In this document: positions 1 through 9,919 of the stretch, piece by piece
How positions within the stretch are numbered: position 1 is the first letter of the stretch
How the letters are laid out: every line of letters begins with the position of its first letter
From: Macrostomum lignano
Lineage: Eukaryota
DNA: 64,000 bases
Assembly: GCA_002269645.1 (NCBI GenBank)
Contig: NIVC01002689.1
Coordinates: 85,671 to 149,670, forward strand
Direction: 5' to 3'
Position numbers and translations under genes: made by a program
Notes under the pieces: model-generated
Told to the model about the DNA's origin: nothing
Databases searched by the model: none
Seen by the model: only the letters and a program-made list of their open reading frames with translations

Positions 1-1
1 A

Positions 2-343
2 ATTGCCCGATTGTCTGCCGGCAGTCTCATTGACAGTTTTCTGACTGCCTGTGAATCTGCCGAACCGGCGCCAGCTCTGCGGTCTGACACGCTGCTGTCA
101 CTGGTTGATGCAGGTCTTGCTGGCAAACTCCCAGGCTCCTGTCTGTATCCTCAGTTCGTGTCCCGGCTGCTTGCCGATCGAAGCTCGAAATCTTCGAATC
201 GGCTGGCTCAAACTATCGAACAGTTGAGAACGGCCGGTTGTCAACCGGAAGCCGCGTGGCTGATGATGGAGCAGCGAGGCGGAGGCTGTCATCCCGGATT
301 GAGAACTTGGGATAATGCGGCCGCGCTGTTGAGAATGCTGTGA
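2..343 (+). CDS. NBAS: 3' terminal coding part of NBAS (neuroblastoma-amplified sequence / Sec39-like); gene begins upstream of the window
   Basis: Frame open from base 2 to TGA at 341-343. LVDAGL..LYPQFVSRLL..IEQLRTAGCQPEAAWLMMEQRG..HPGLRTWDNAAALLRML resembles the recalled NBAS C-terminus (LLDAKL..FYPRIVDHLL..HLREAGHEAEAGSLLLAVRGTHQAFRTFSTAL). Confidence 0.75.
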   Translation: MARLSAGSLIDSFLTACESAEPAPALRSDTLLSLVDAGLAGKLPGSCLYPQFVSRLLADRSSKSSNRLAQTIEQLRTAGCQPEAAWLMMEQRGGGCHPGLRTWDNAAALLRML

Positions 344-484
344 TTGGATTTTTTGAGATTGCATCGCTGCGCTGACTGTGCTTTCTGGTCTAACTGACTG
401 CATGGTTATTAAATATTAATGTAAGAATTACGTCACATCCAAATCCGTCCCTGAAAGAACCGTCCCTGAATTTTTAGAGCTGCC

Positions 485-740
485 CCTATTGATCCGCTAG
501 TCAATGAGAATCGCCCTTGATTCGATGGCCAATGAGAATCACCCTTGATCCGCTAGCCAATGAGAATCGCCCTTGATTCGCTAGCCAATGAGAGTCCCCC
601 TTGATCCGCTAGCCAATGAGAATTGCCCTTGATCCGCTAGCCAATGAGAATCTCCCTTGATTCGCTAGCCAATGAGAATCGCCCTTGATTCGCTAGCCAA
701 TGAGAATCGCCCTTGTTAATCTAGCCAATCAGAATCGTCC
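485..740 (+). repeat. ~29-bp tandem repeat (CCCTTGATyCGCTAGCCAATGAGAATCG), about 9 copies, most with a CCAAT box
   Basis: Unit seen directly. Confidence 0.9.
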
Positions 741-1377
741 CTAATCTACAAAAAATCGTTAAATAAAAAACTAAAGATGTAAGTTTATTATAGAGTTTCC
801 CAAATTTTTGTTTCAATTAAATCTGGTGTCGGATATTTTCTGTTGCTAATTAATTCAATGTATAATTTTTACCTGCAAAAACAGTGCTTGTCGTTGATTA
901 AAAATTATAGAATATTAATTATGCATAGTCTTCCGTATTCTGCTTACACTAATCAATTATATTGCAATCTAATCATCTGTGCCCCCTTATTTTGAATTTT
1001 GTTTGACTTAAAATGCTTTTTGGTGTTTGTTATAATAATTGTAATTTGTTAATGTCACTGCTCATAGTGCTTATGTACATTTTATGTGATAGCTATGTTA
1101 ACTATGTATGTTCATCAGTGCAGTTTAGAACAGAATGCTATAATTACTGTACTAATAATCACCAAGGTTTCAGATGATTTCATTGTTTTTGCTAAGTACT
1201 CGTCCGTTTGGGAACTGTTGTTTTTGCTTGTATTGCAGTACTACTTTATTATTATTAGTAGTAGTAGTAGTACAGTACTGTAGGATTGTTTACCGAACTG
1301 ATATAAGTCTTTAGTCGAATCTCTATCTGACTGCTTTGATTTCTGAACTGTGTTATCCTGACACTTTAAATATTTTA

Positions 1378-1945
1378 GTCTGACTCATCAGCTATCTTAG
1401 TCTGACTAATCAGCTATCTTAGTCTGACTCATCAGCTATCTTAGTCTGACTCATCAGCTATCTTAATCTGACTCATCAGCTATCTTAGTCTGACTCATCA
1501 GCTATCTTAATCTGACTCATCAGCTATCTTAGTCTGACTAATCAGCTATCTTAGTCTGACTCATCAGCTATCTTAATCTGACTCATCAGCTATCTTAGTC
1601 TGACTAATCAGCTATCTTAGTCTGACTCATCAGCTATCTTAGTCTGACTCATCAGCTATCTTAATCTGACTCATCAGCTATCTTAGTCTGACTCATCAGC
1701 TATCTTAATCTGACTCATCAGCTATCTTAGTCTGACTCATCAGCTATCTTAGTCTGACTCATCAGCTATCTTAGTCTGACTCATCAGCTATCTTAATCTG
1801 ACTCATCAGCTATCTTAGTCTGACTCATCAGCTATCTTAATCTGACTCATCAGCTATCTTAGTCTGACGCATCAGCTATCTTAGTCTGACTCATCAGCTA
1901 TCTTAGTCTGACTCATCAGCTATCTTAGTCTGACTCATCAGCTAT
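1378..1945 (+). repeat. 21-bp minisatellite TCTGACTCATCAGCTATCTTAr, about 27 copies, mostly containing TGACTCA
   Basis: Unit seen directly. Confidence 0.95.
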
Positions 1946-2127
1946 CCACACCTGAGTCAGATTCTATCGCAGTCTGACTCATTCCTTCTCAATCTGACTC
2001 ATTAATTGATCTCAGTAAGACTCGTCAAATATCTTGATCTGTTAGGTACTACTCAATATCTGCAGGTAAAATATTGCTCATATTCTAAATATAAATATTC
2101 GTTATGATTGCTGCAGAATTAATCACC

Positions 2128-3573
2128 ATGGCATCAGCGGCCGACAATCCGATGAAGCGTCCAGCTGCCCAATCGGCGGCCTTATCTGTTGTGCCAGCCA
2201 AGCAGGCTCGCACAGCTGGCGAACTGATTCAACACGGTGGCTCGGCCAACAACAAGCGCCTGGTTTCGGCTGGCCCGTCAAGAACGTCGTCTCTGCACGC
2301 GCCGATCATGCTGCTAACTGGTCACGAAGGCGAGATCTACTGCGGCAAGTTCTCTCCGACCGGCTCCATTTTGGCTACGGCCGGCTACGAACGTAAAATT
2401 TTCCTGTGGACAGTTTATGACGAGTGCGAGAACCTTGCCGTGCTCACTGGCCACGGCGGGGCTATTCTGGAGTTGAAGTTCACCACGGATGGCGAGACTC
2501 TGGTGTCGGCGGCCAGCGACAAGACTGCCGCTTTGTGGGATCTGGAGGCCGGGCTGCGGATCAAGAGGCTTAAAGGTGCGTCTTTGCTCACCTGTGTACA
2601 ATTAGAATGTCTTCGATTGACTCACGTTTCTTATCTTAATTGATCACTCACCTTTCTTATCATACGGTTTATTACCTTGCCTTTCTAATCTTTTAATAGT
2701 TAAGCTTTCTTTATCTTTAATTGACTCACCTTTATTATCATTAATTATCTCACCTTTCTTTTTTAATGATTCAATTTTATTTATCTTTAATTGACCCACC
2801 TGTCCTATCTTTAATTTGTTCGCCATTTAGTTTTATTTAATTAATTGTTTCAACTTTATTGCCTTAATTAAATCACCTCAGTTATCTTGTTTTCAAACGA
2901 CCTCTGCTCCCTTCAAATATTGCCAAATGGTCATTCCGCAGGCCACGAGAAGCTGATCAACAGTGTCGACGTTGTCCGCCGCGGTCCCCAGCTGCTGTGC
3001 ACCGGCAGCGACGACGGCACCATCCGGCTGTGGGATCGGCGAGTCCGCGGACACACGCACAGCTTCGATTCCGGCAACGCCGTCACCAGCGTAGCCTTCG
3101 GCGACACGGGCGAGCTGGTCTACTCTGGCGGCATTGACAACTCAATCCAGGCCTGGGATCTGCGCCGAAGCGCTTGCACTATGCGACTGAGAGGTCACAG
3201 CGACACGGTGACCGGGCTGGCGCTGAGCCCGGATGGCAACTATCTACTGTCTAACGGCATGGACGCCAGCCTGCGAGTCTGGGACATTCGGCCGTACGCG
3301 TCGCAGGATCGTTGCTTGAAAATATTGTCGGGTCATCGGCACAGCTTTGAGCAGAATCTGCTGCGCTGCGCCTGGCAACCGGACGGGCGCCGGGTCACCT
3401 GCGGCTCGTCGGATCGATTTGTGTACGTGTGGGACTGCGCTAGCCGGCAAGTTGTGTACAAACTGCCTGGCCACACCGGCTCGGTTAATGAGACTCATTT
3501 TCATCCCAAGGAGCCGATTATTATGTCTGTTGGCAGCGATAAGAAAGTCTACCTGGGCGAGATCGAACCTTGA
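2128..3573 (+). CDS. SNRNP40: U5 snRNP 40 kDa WD40 protein; join(2128..2575,2942..3573)
   Basis: RTSSLHAPIMLLTGHEGEIYCGKFSP and RRGPQLLCTGSDDGTIRLWD motifs; C-terminal FHPKEPIIMSVGSDKKVYLGEI. GT at 2576 and AG at 2940-2941 restore RIKRLK-GH. Confidence 0.95.
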
Positions 3574-3649
3574 CAATTATGATCAGGCTTAGATAGACTC
3601 CCAGTTTTATTGGCACTTTGTCGACCTGTCCTGTGTCTGTTATATGCTC

Positions 3650-4705
3650 TGTCTTATCTCTCACCTGTCTCATCTCTCACCTGTCTTATCTCTCACCTGT
3701 CTCATCTCTCACCTGTCTTATCTCTCACCTGTCTATCTCATCTCTCACCTGTCCATCTCATCTCTCACCTGTCTGCTTCATCTCTTAGCCTTGTCTGTCT
3801 CATCTCTCACCTGTCTGTCTCATCTCTCACCTGTCTGTCTCATCTCTCACCTGTCTTATCTCTCACCTGTCTGTCTCATCTCTCACCTGTCTGGCTCATC
3901 TCTCACCTGTCTGTCTCATCTCTCACCTGTCTGTCTCATCTCTCACCTGTCTGTCTCATCTCTCACCTGTCTTATCTCTCACCTGTCTATCTCATCTCTC
4001 ACCTGTCCATCTCATCTCTCACCTGTCTGCTTCATCTCTTAGCCTTGTCTGTCTCATCTCTCACCTGTCTGGCTCATCTCTCACCTGTCTGTCTCACCTC
4101 TCACCTGTCTGTCTCATCTCTCACCTGTCTGGCTCATCTCTCACCTGTCTGGCTCATCTCTCACCTGTCTGGCTCATCTCTCACCTGTCTGTCTCATCTC
4201 TCACCTGTCTGTCTCATCTCTCACGTGTCTGTCTCATCTCTCACCTGTCTGGCTCATCTCTCACCTGTCTGGCTCATCTCTCACCTGTCTGGCTCATCTC
4301 TCACCTGTCTGGCTCATCTCTCACCTGTCTGGCTCATCTCTCACCTGTCTGGCTCATCTCTTAGCCTTGTCTGGCTCATCTCTCACCTGTCTGGCTCATC
4401 TCTCACCTGTCTGCTTCATCTCTTAGCCTTGTCTGGCTCATCTCTCACCTGTCTGCTTCATCTCTTAGCCTTGTCTGTCTCATCTTTCACCTGTCTGCTT
4501 CATCTCTTAGCCTTGTCTGGCTCATCTCTCACCTGTCTGTCTCATCTCTCACCTGTCTGGCTCATCTCTCACCTGTCTGGCTCATCTCTCACCTGTCTGG
4601 CTCATCTCTCACCTGTCTGGCTCATCTCTCACCTGTCTGGCTCATCTCTCACCTGTCTGGCTCATCTCTCACCTGTCTGTCTCATCTCTTATCTCTCACT
4701 TCTAA
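3650..4705 (+). repeat. 20-bp minisatellite TCTCACCTGTCTGkCTCATC downstream of SNRNP40
   Basis: Unit seen directly; it generates the spurious ORFs 3610..4770 and 3644..4042. Confidence 0.95.
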
Positions 4706-5329
4706 TCTCTCGTGTCTGTCTGGCTCAGTCTCCGTCAATTACCGGTCTGATTTTCTCCTCTTGTTCATAACACTCGCCTATTATTTTGAATAATAGCTAA
4801 TCCTAGCTTTTAAGCTTATTTCTTCATTCGTATAACTAATTTCCTTCTGGCACCCCTATGTTTTTTATTATTCTTTGAGAAAAATGATGGCCTATTATGC
4901 AATCGTTCCATCTTGTATTAAACTTACTTATAAGCTGTTCGCGGTTCATAAGTATGGATACTGAGACAGTTGCAGTCAGCCTAGTAGAATACTGTTAGAC
5001 AAAGCTGCTATGTTTCTAGCGTTATTATTAATTACATAAATTTTTGTACAGCTTATTCCCTTTCATTGTCATTTATTTGTGCTTTGCTGTCCTGTCAACT
5101 ATTAGTTACCTGGTGGATTACTCAACTGTTGCTGAGGCAAATCAAAAATTAATTAATACTAATTATACGCTGCCATCGTAGTTGTTAAACCTAAAATGCA
5201 TCTTAGCATGCCTTTTGTATATTGATGTGATTCACCAGTGTCATACTGTGTAATAAATGTTTTCTGCTATGATAGAGCCTTCACTGTGACTTCATTTATT
5301 TTATTGTGTATTGTTTTCTGCGATCATGG

Positions 5330-5700
5330 TTAGGGTTGGTGTTTAGGGGGTTGGTGTTTGGGGGTTGGTGTTTGGGAGTCTGGTGTTTGGGGGGTCTGGT
5401 GTTTGGGAGTCTGGTTTTTGGGGGTCTGGTGTTTGGGGGGTCTGGTGTTTGGGAGTCTGGTTTTTTGGGGGTCTGGTGTTTGGGGGGTCTGGTGTTTGGG
5501 GGGTCTGGTGTTTGGGGGGGGGTCTGGTGTTTGGGGGGGTCTGGTGTTTGGGGGTCTGGTTTTTGGGGGTCTGGTTTTTGGGGGTCTGCTGTTTGGGGGT
5601 CTGGTTTTTGGGGGGTCTGGTTTTTGGGGGTCTGGTGTTTGTGGAGCTTTTGTTTCGGGAGCTTTTGTTTGGGGGTTCGTGTTTGGGGGACTGGTTTTTA
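5330..5700 (+). repeat. G/T-rich ~15-bp repeat (GGGGGTCTGGTkTTT)
   Basis: Seen directly. Confidence 0.9.
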
Positions 5701-5827
5701 GAATTGGCGCTTGTGGTATGTGGCTCATAAAGGCAGTGACATCTTCAAGGCAAGGTTGTGTTAAAAAACTTTTCAGGCAAGCAACACAGAGTCTGAGCCT
5801 GTTGCAGAAGAGCGCAGTGGCTCAAAA

Positions 5828-7075
5828 ATGTCTGGAGCTGCTACTAAAAGAAAGCGGCGCGTATTGCTTGGCTGCACAGGCAGCGTGGCCTCGATCAAGG
5901 TGCCACAGATGTGCCAGGGTCTGCTAGATCGCGGGCTGGATGTTGCAGTCGTGTGCACCCAGTCTGCTGAGCACTTCCTAGCTAGAGCTGATTGCTCCAT
6001 GCCCGAAGGTGTCACTCGAGTGTGGCGCGACAGCGACGAGTGGTCCTCTTGGCAGGTTGGCAGGGCCAGGGTTGCATTCCTGATTTACCCTGTTTACATG
6101 TAGCTGTAATTTTAGCTGTGTATTAAGGCATTGTCAGTGTCAGTGCTATACGCAATTCTTCAGGCTTCAGATCCTTCAAGAAATCTGCAAGAAAGCTTTA
6201 GGAAAACTTTCAGGTTGGGTTTTAGTCGCACCTAAAAGACTTCAGGAAAAACCTCAGGTTTATCTTCAGTTAATCTCCCTCCACTTCAGGTAAAAGACTT
6301 CAGGTTATATTTCAATCCTTCTTACCACTCTAATACTTCGGGAACTTGATATTTAACTTCAGTCCATCCCACTACGAAAACTTCAGGATTAACTTCAGTT
6401 ACTCTCTTCAGGAAAAACTTCGGGTTTAACTTCAGTACGTGTGTCCACGAAAACTTCTGAAACTTGAGGTTTAACTTCAGTCCATCTGTCCACGGGTACT
6501 TCAGCAAAAAACTCAGGATTAACTTCAGTCCATCTGTCCACGGGTACTTCAGGAACTTGAGTCTCTCTCTTCAGAAAAAAAACTTATTGTTAGTCAGCTC
6601 AGTCTCTATAAAAGGCTTCAGGGAAAACTTCTGGTCACACTTCAGTCGCTCTCTCTTAAACAAATAACATCGTCAGGCCCGCGGCGACCCGGTGGTTCAC
6701 ATCGACCTGCGCAACTGGGCGGACCTGCTGCTGCTGGCACCGCTGGACGCCAACACCTTGGCCAAGCTGTCATGCGGCCTGTGCGATAACCTACTCACCT
6801 GCATAGCCAGAGCCTGGCCTGTTGGCGACATCGGCCGTCCAATCATATTTGCACTGGCAATGAACTCTGCTATGTACCAGCATCCGCTCACCGCTAAACA
6901 CGTAGCCGTATTGAAAAACACTCTGGGCTATGTTGAAGTGCCTGTTGTGGCTAAAACATTGATGTGCGGTGAAGTTGGAGCTGGGGCAATGGCTGAACCT
7001 GACACCATTGTTGAGGCTGTGATGAAAGCGTTGAGCAGTGTTTCAGGCGGTTTGAATGGGGTCAGCTTCTTTTGA
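5828..7075 (+). CDS. PPCDC: Phosphopantothenoylcysteine decarboxylase (HFCD flavoprotein); join(5828..6055,6677..7075), possibly extended in frame from an acceptor at 5777
   Basis: VLLGCTGSVASIK, DSDEWSSWQ-ARGDPVVHIDLRNWADLLLLAPLDANTLAK, ALAMNSAMYQHP and KTLMCGEVGAGAMAE motifs. GT 6056, AG 6675-6676, phase 0. Confidence 0.93.
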
Positions 7076-8094
7076 GTTCGTATTTCCTTTTTCTGGTCTT
7101 GCTTGTATCATAGACTTCCTGGTATTTTCCAGGTAATTATCTAATTTACAAGTAGTCTCTGTGATTCTGCAGTCACTCGTTCGACCAGATGAAAACGATA
7201 CCAATTGGCCAAGAAGCGTCCCAGAGTCGTTGCAGGTAACACAGGTAAAACAGTAAAGAAGTGAGTCTAGACGACCCTCTCAAACAACGAGATGTCACAG
7301 TGCATGTCGCCAAAGAGTCGTCTTAGAGTCAAGTTGAAACGACTCTGAAATGACTCTCTAAGCCTTAGAGTCGCTGTGGAATCACTGAGTTGAGTCTAAA
7401 GTGCATAGGTGGCACTTTATCGCAGCTGAATTGCATTTCGTATTTAACAACTCCATTTAGTCTAGTTGAGTTAGTAGAAAGGTAAGGCGCGCGCTAACAC
7501 TAGTCCTGAACGACTTTTTCGCGACTCTTACGATTTTGCAATTCACGCGATGTTTGAGTCGTTAATTTTGAGTCATGAGAGTCGCTAGAGTCGTTACTGA
7601 GTTGTTTACAATGACAGTTTTAGCGATTCTGGTCACGGTAATGTTTTTAACGGGCGACCCTCCACATTTGAGTCTTGAGTCTTTGAGTCACTGTTCTTTA
7701 AAAATTGACCCGGGTGAATCATTGACCCGAAATGATCAAATTAAACGTCCAAGATTTTTCTTCTCTACCGGTAAAGACACGCTTCAGAAACATTGATAAC
7801 AATCCATTTTTGAGTTCTGTTTTTCACTTTCACATCTTAAGATTCCTGTTTTTATTATGTAGTGATCCCTCAAACTCAAGTTTAGTTTAACTCAAGTCAC
7901 TGTGTTCTTTGTGCGATTGGCATATTTTTATTTTGTAATTCTTTTATTAACAATAAGTTTGTGAATGGTTTTCTAGACATTCAAATGTAACGTCAATGTT
8001 TGAACTAATCAAATGCTGAAGTTCCATTGTTGCTGTTATTGAACTTGGGATTTTTTCTTAGCTGAAGCATTCACTGCAGGAATTCCGCGTAGAT

Positions 8095-9330
8095 ACCTGT
8101 TAGACAGAGTATAAAGTCACCTGTTAGATAGAGTATAGTGTCACCTGTTAGACGGGGTATAATGTCACCTGTTAGACGGGGTATAATGTCACCTGTTAGA
8201 CGGGGTATAATGTCACCTGTTAGACAGGGTATAATGTCACCTGTTAGACGGGGTATAATGTCACCTGTTAGACAGGGTATACTTTCACCTGTTAGACAGG
8301 GTATACTTTCACCTGTTAGAAAGGGTATAATGTCACCTGTTAGACAGGGTATACTTTCACCTGTTAGACAGGGTATACTTTCACCTGTTAGAAAGGGTAT
8401 AATGTCACCTGTTAGACAGGGTATACTTTCACCTGTTAGACAGAGTATAGTGTCACCTGTTAGACAGGGTATACTTTCACCTGTTTGACTGGGTATACTT
8501 TCACCTGTTAGATAGGGTATACTTTCACCTATTAGACAGGGTATACTTTCACCTGTTAGACGGGGTATAATGTCACCTGTTAGACAGGGTATACTTTCAC
8601 CTGTTAGACAGGGTATACTTTCACCTGTTAGACAGGGTATAATGTCACCTGTTAGACAGGGTATACTTTCACCTGTTAGACTGGGTATACTTTTACCTGT
8701 TAGACTGGGTATACTTTCACCTGTTAGACTGGATATACTTTCACTTGTTAGACAGGGTATAATGTCACCTGTTAGACAGGGTATACTTTCACCTGTTAGA
8801 CAGGGTATACTTTCACCTGTTAGACAGGGTATACTTTCACCTGTTAGACAGGGTATACTTTCACCTGTTAGACTGGGTATACTTTCACCTGTTAGACTGG
8901 ATATACTTTCACTTGTTAGACAGGGTATAATGTCACCTGTTAGACAGGGTATACTTTCACCTGTTAGACAGGGTATACTTTCACCTGTTAGACAGGGTAT
9001 ACTTTCACCTGTTAGACAGGGTATAATGTCACCTGTTAGACAGGGTATACTTTCACCTGTTAGACAGGGTATACTTTTACCTGTTAGACTGGGTATACTT
9101 TCACCTGTTAGACTGGATATACTTTCACTTGTTAGACAGGGTATAATGTCACCTGTTAGACAGGGTATACTTTCACCTGTTAGACAGGGTATACTTTCAC
9201 CTGTTAGACAGGGTATACTTTCACCTGTTAGACAGGGTATACTTTCACCTGTTAGAGAGGGTATACTTTCACCTGTTAGACAGGGTATACTTTCACCTGT
9301 TAGACTGGATATACTTTCACTTGTTAGACG
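8095..9330 (+). repeat. 24-bp minisatellite TCACCTGTTAGACAGGGTATACTT / ...TATAATG between convergent genes
   Basis: Unit seen directly; it generates the SPVRQGIL ORFs. Confidence 0.95.
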
Positions 9331-9919
9331 TTTGAAAACATTAGAGCGTACAAGGTTAAAAAATAAACGTTTTAGACAAAGATTTTCTAAGAAAAGAAAT
9401 AATTTTTACTCAGCGGCTTAGGCACAAGTTTTATTTATTTACTGAAATCAAGAATCTAAAAAATCTTTCAAAAAACTTTGCTCGCAATAACTTTTATGTA
9501 GGTGCGAGAAATTGAATTCAGATAGAAAATATAGTCTGTTGGGTTTATCACAAACAGGCGTCTTAATGATTTATCTAGTAGTAGAGGATATGTACAATAG
9601 TGTTAGCTACTATTCACTCTGTAAAATAAAATAATTTTTGCAAAATTCTGGGGGGGGGCTTAAAATATATCACTCAAATAGCATAGCAAGTTGTAAAATC
9701 TTAGATGTTTTGAACTTGTACATACATGCATACATAAATTCTTCAACATCTACACGTCATTCGGTAGCTGAGGTTTTTGTTTAGAAAACTAATTAAACAA
9801 GCATTGGCATTTGAATGCCAAGAGTGTTTCAAACTACTATCAGTAGCTTAGTAATCTAAATAGCGTTTTTCGTTATTTTCTGTAAATCTTAATGAGAAAA
9901 GTTCAGAAAAGTTTCCCGC

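Noticed and set aside
3610-4770. 386-aa Leu/Ser/His/Cys ORF
   Set aside because: Translation of a 20-bp minisatellite downstream of the SNRNP40 stop; no domain content.
8138-9421. (SPVRQGIL)n ORFs resembling phospho-repeat proteins
   Set aside because: The 24-bp unit keeps the frame open automatically; no splice context or unique sequence.
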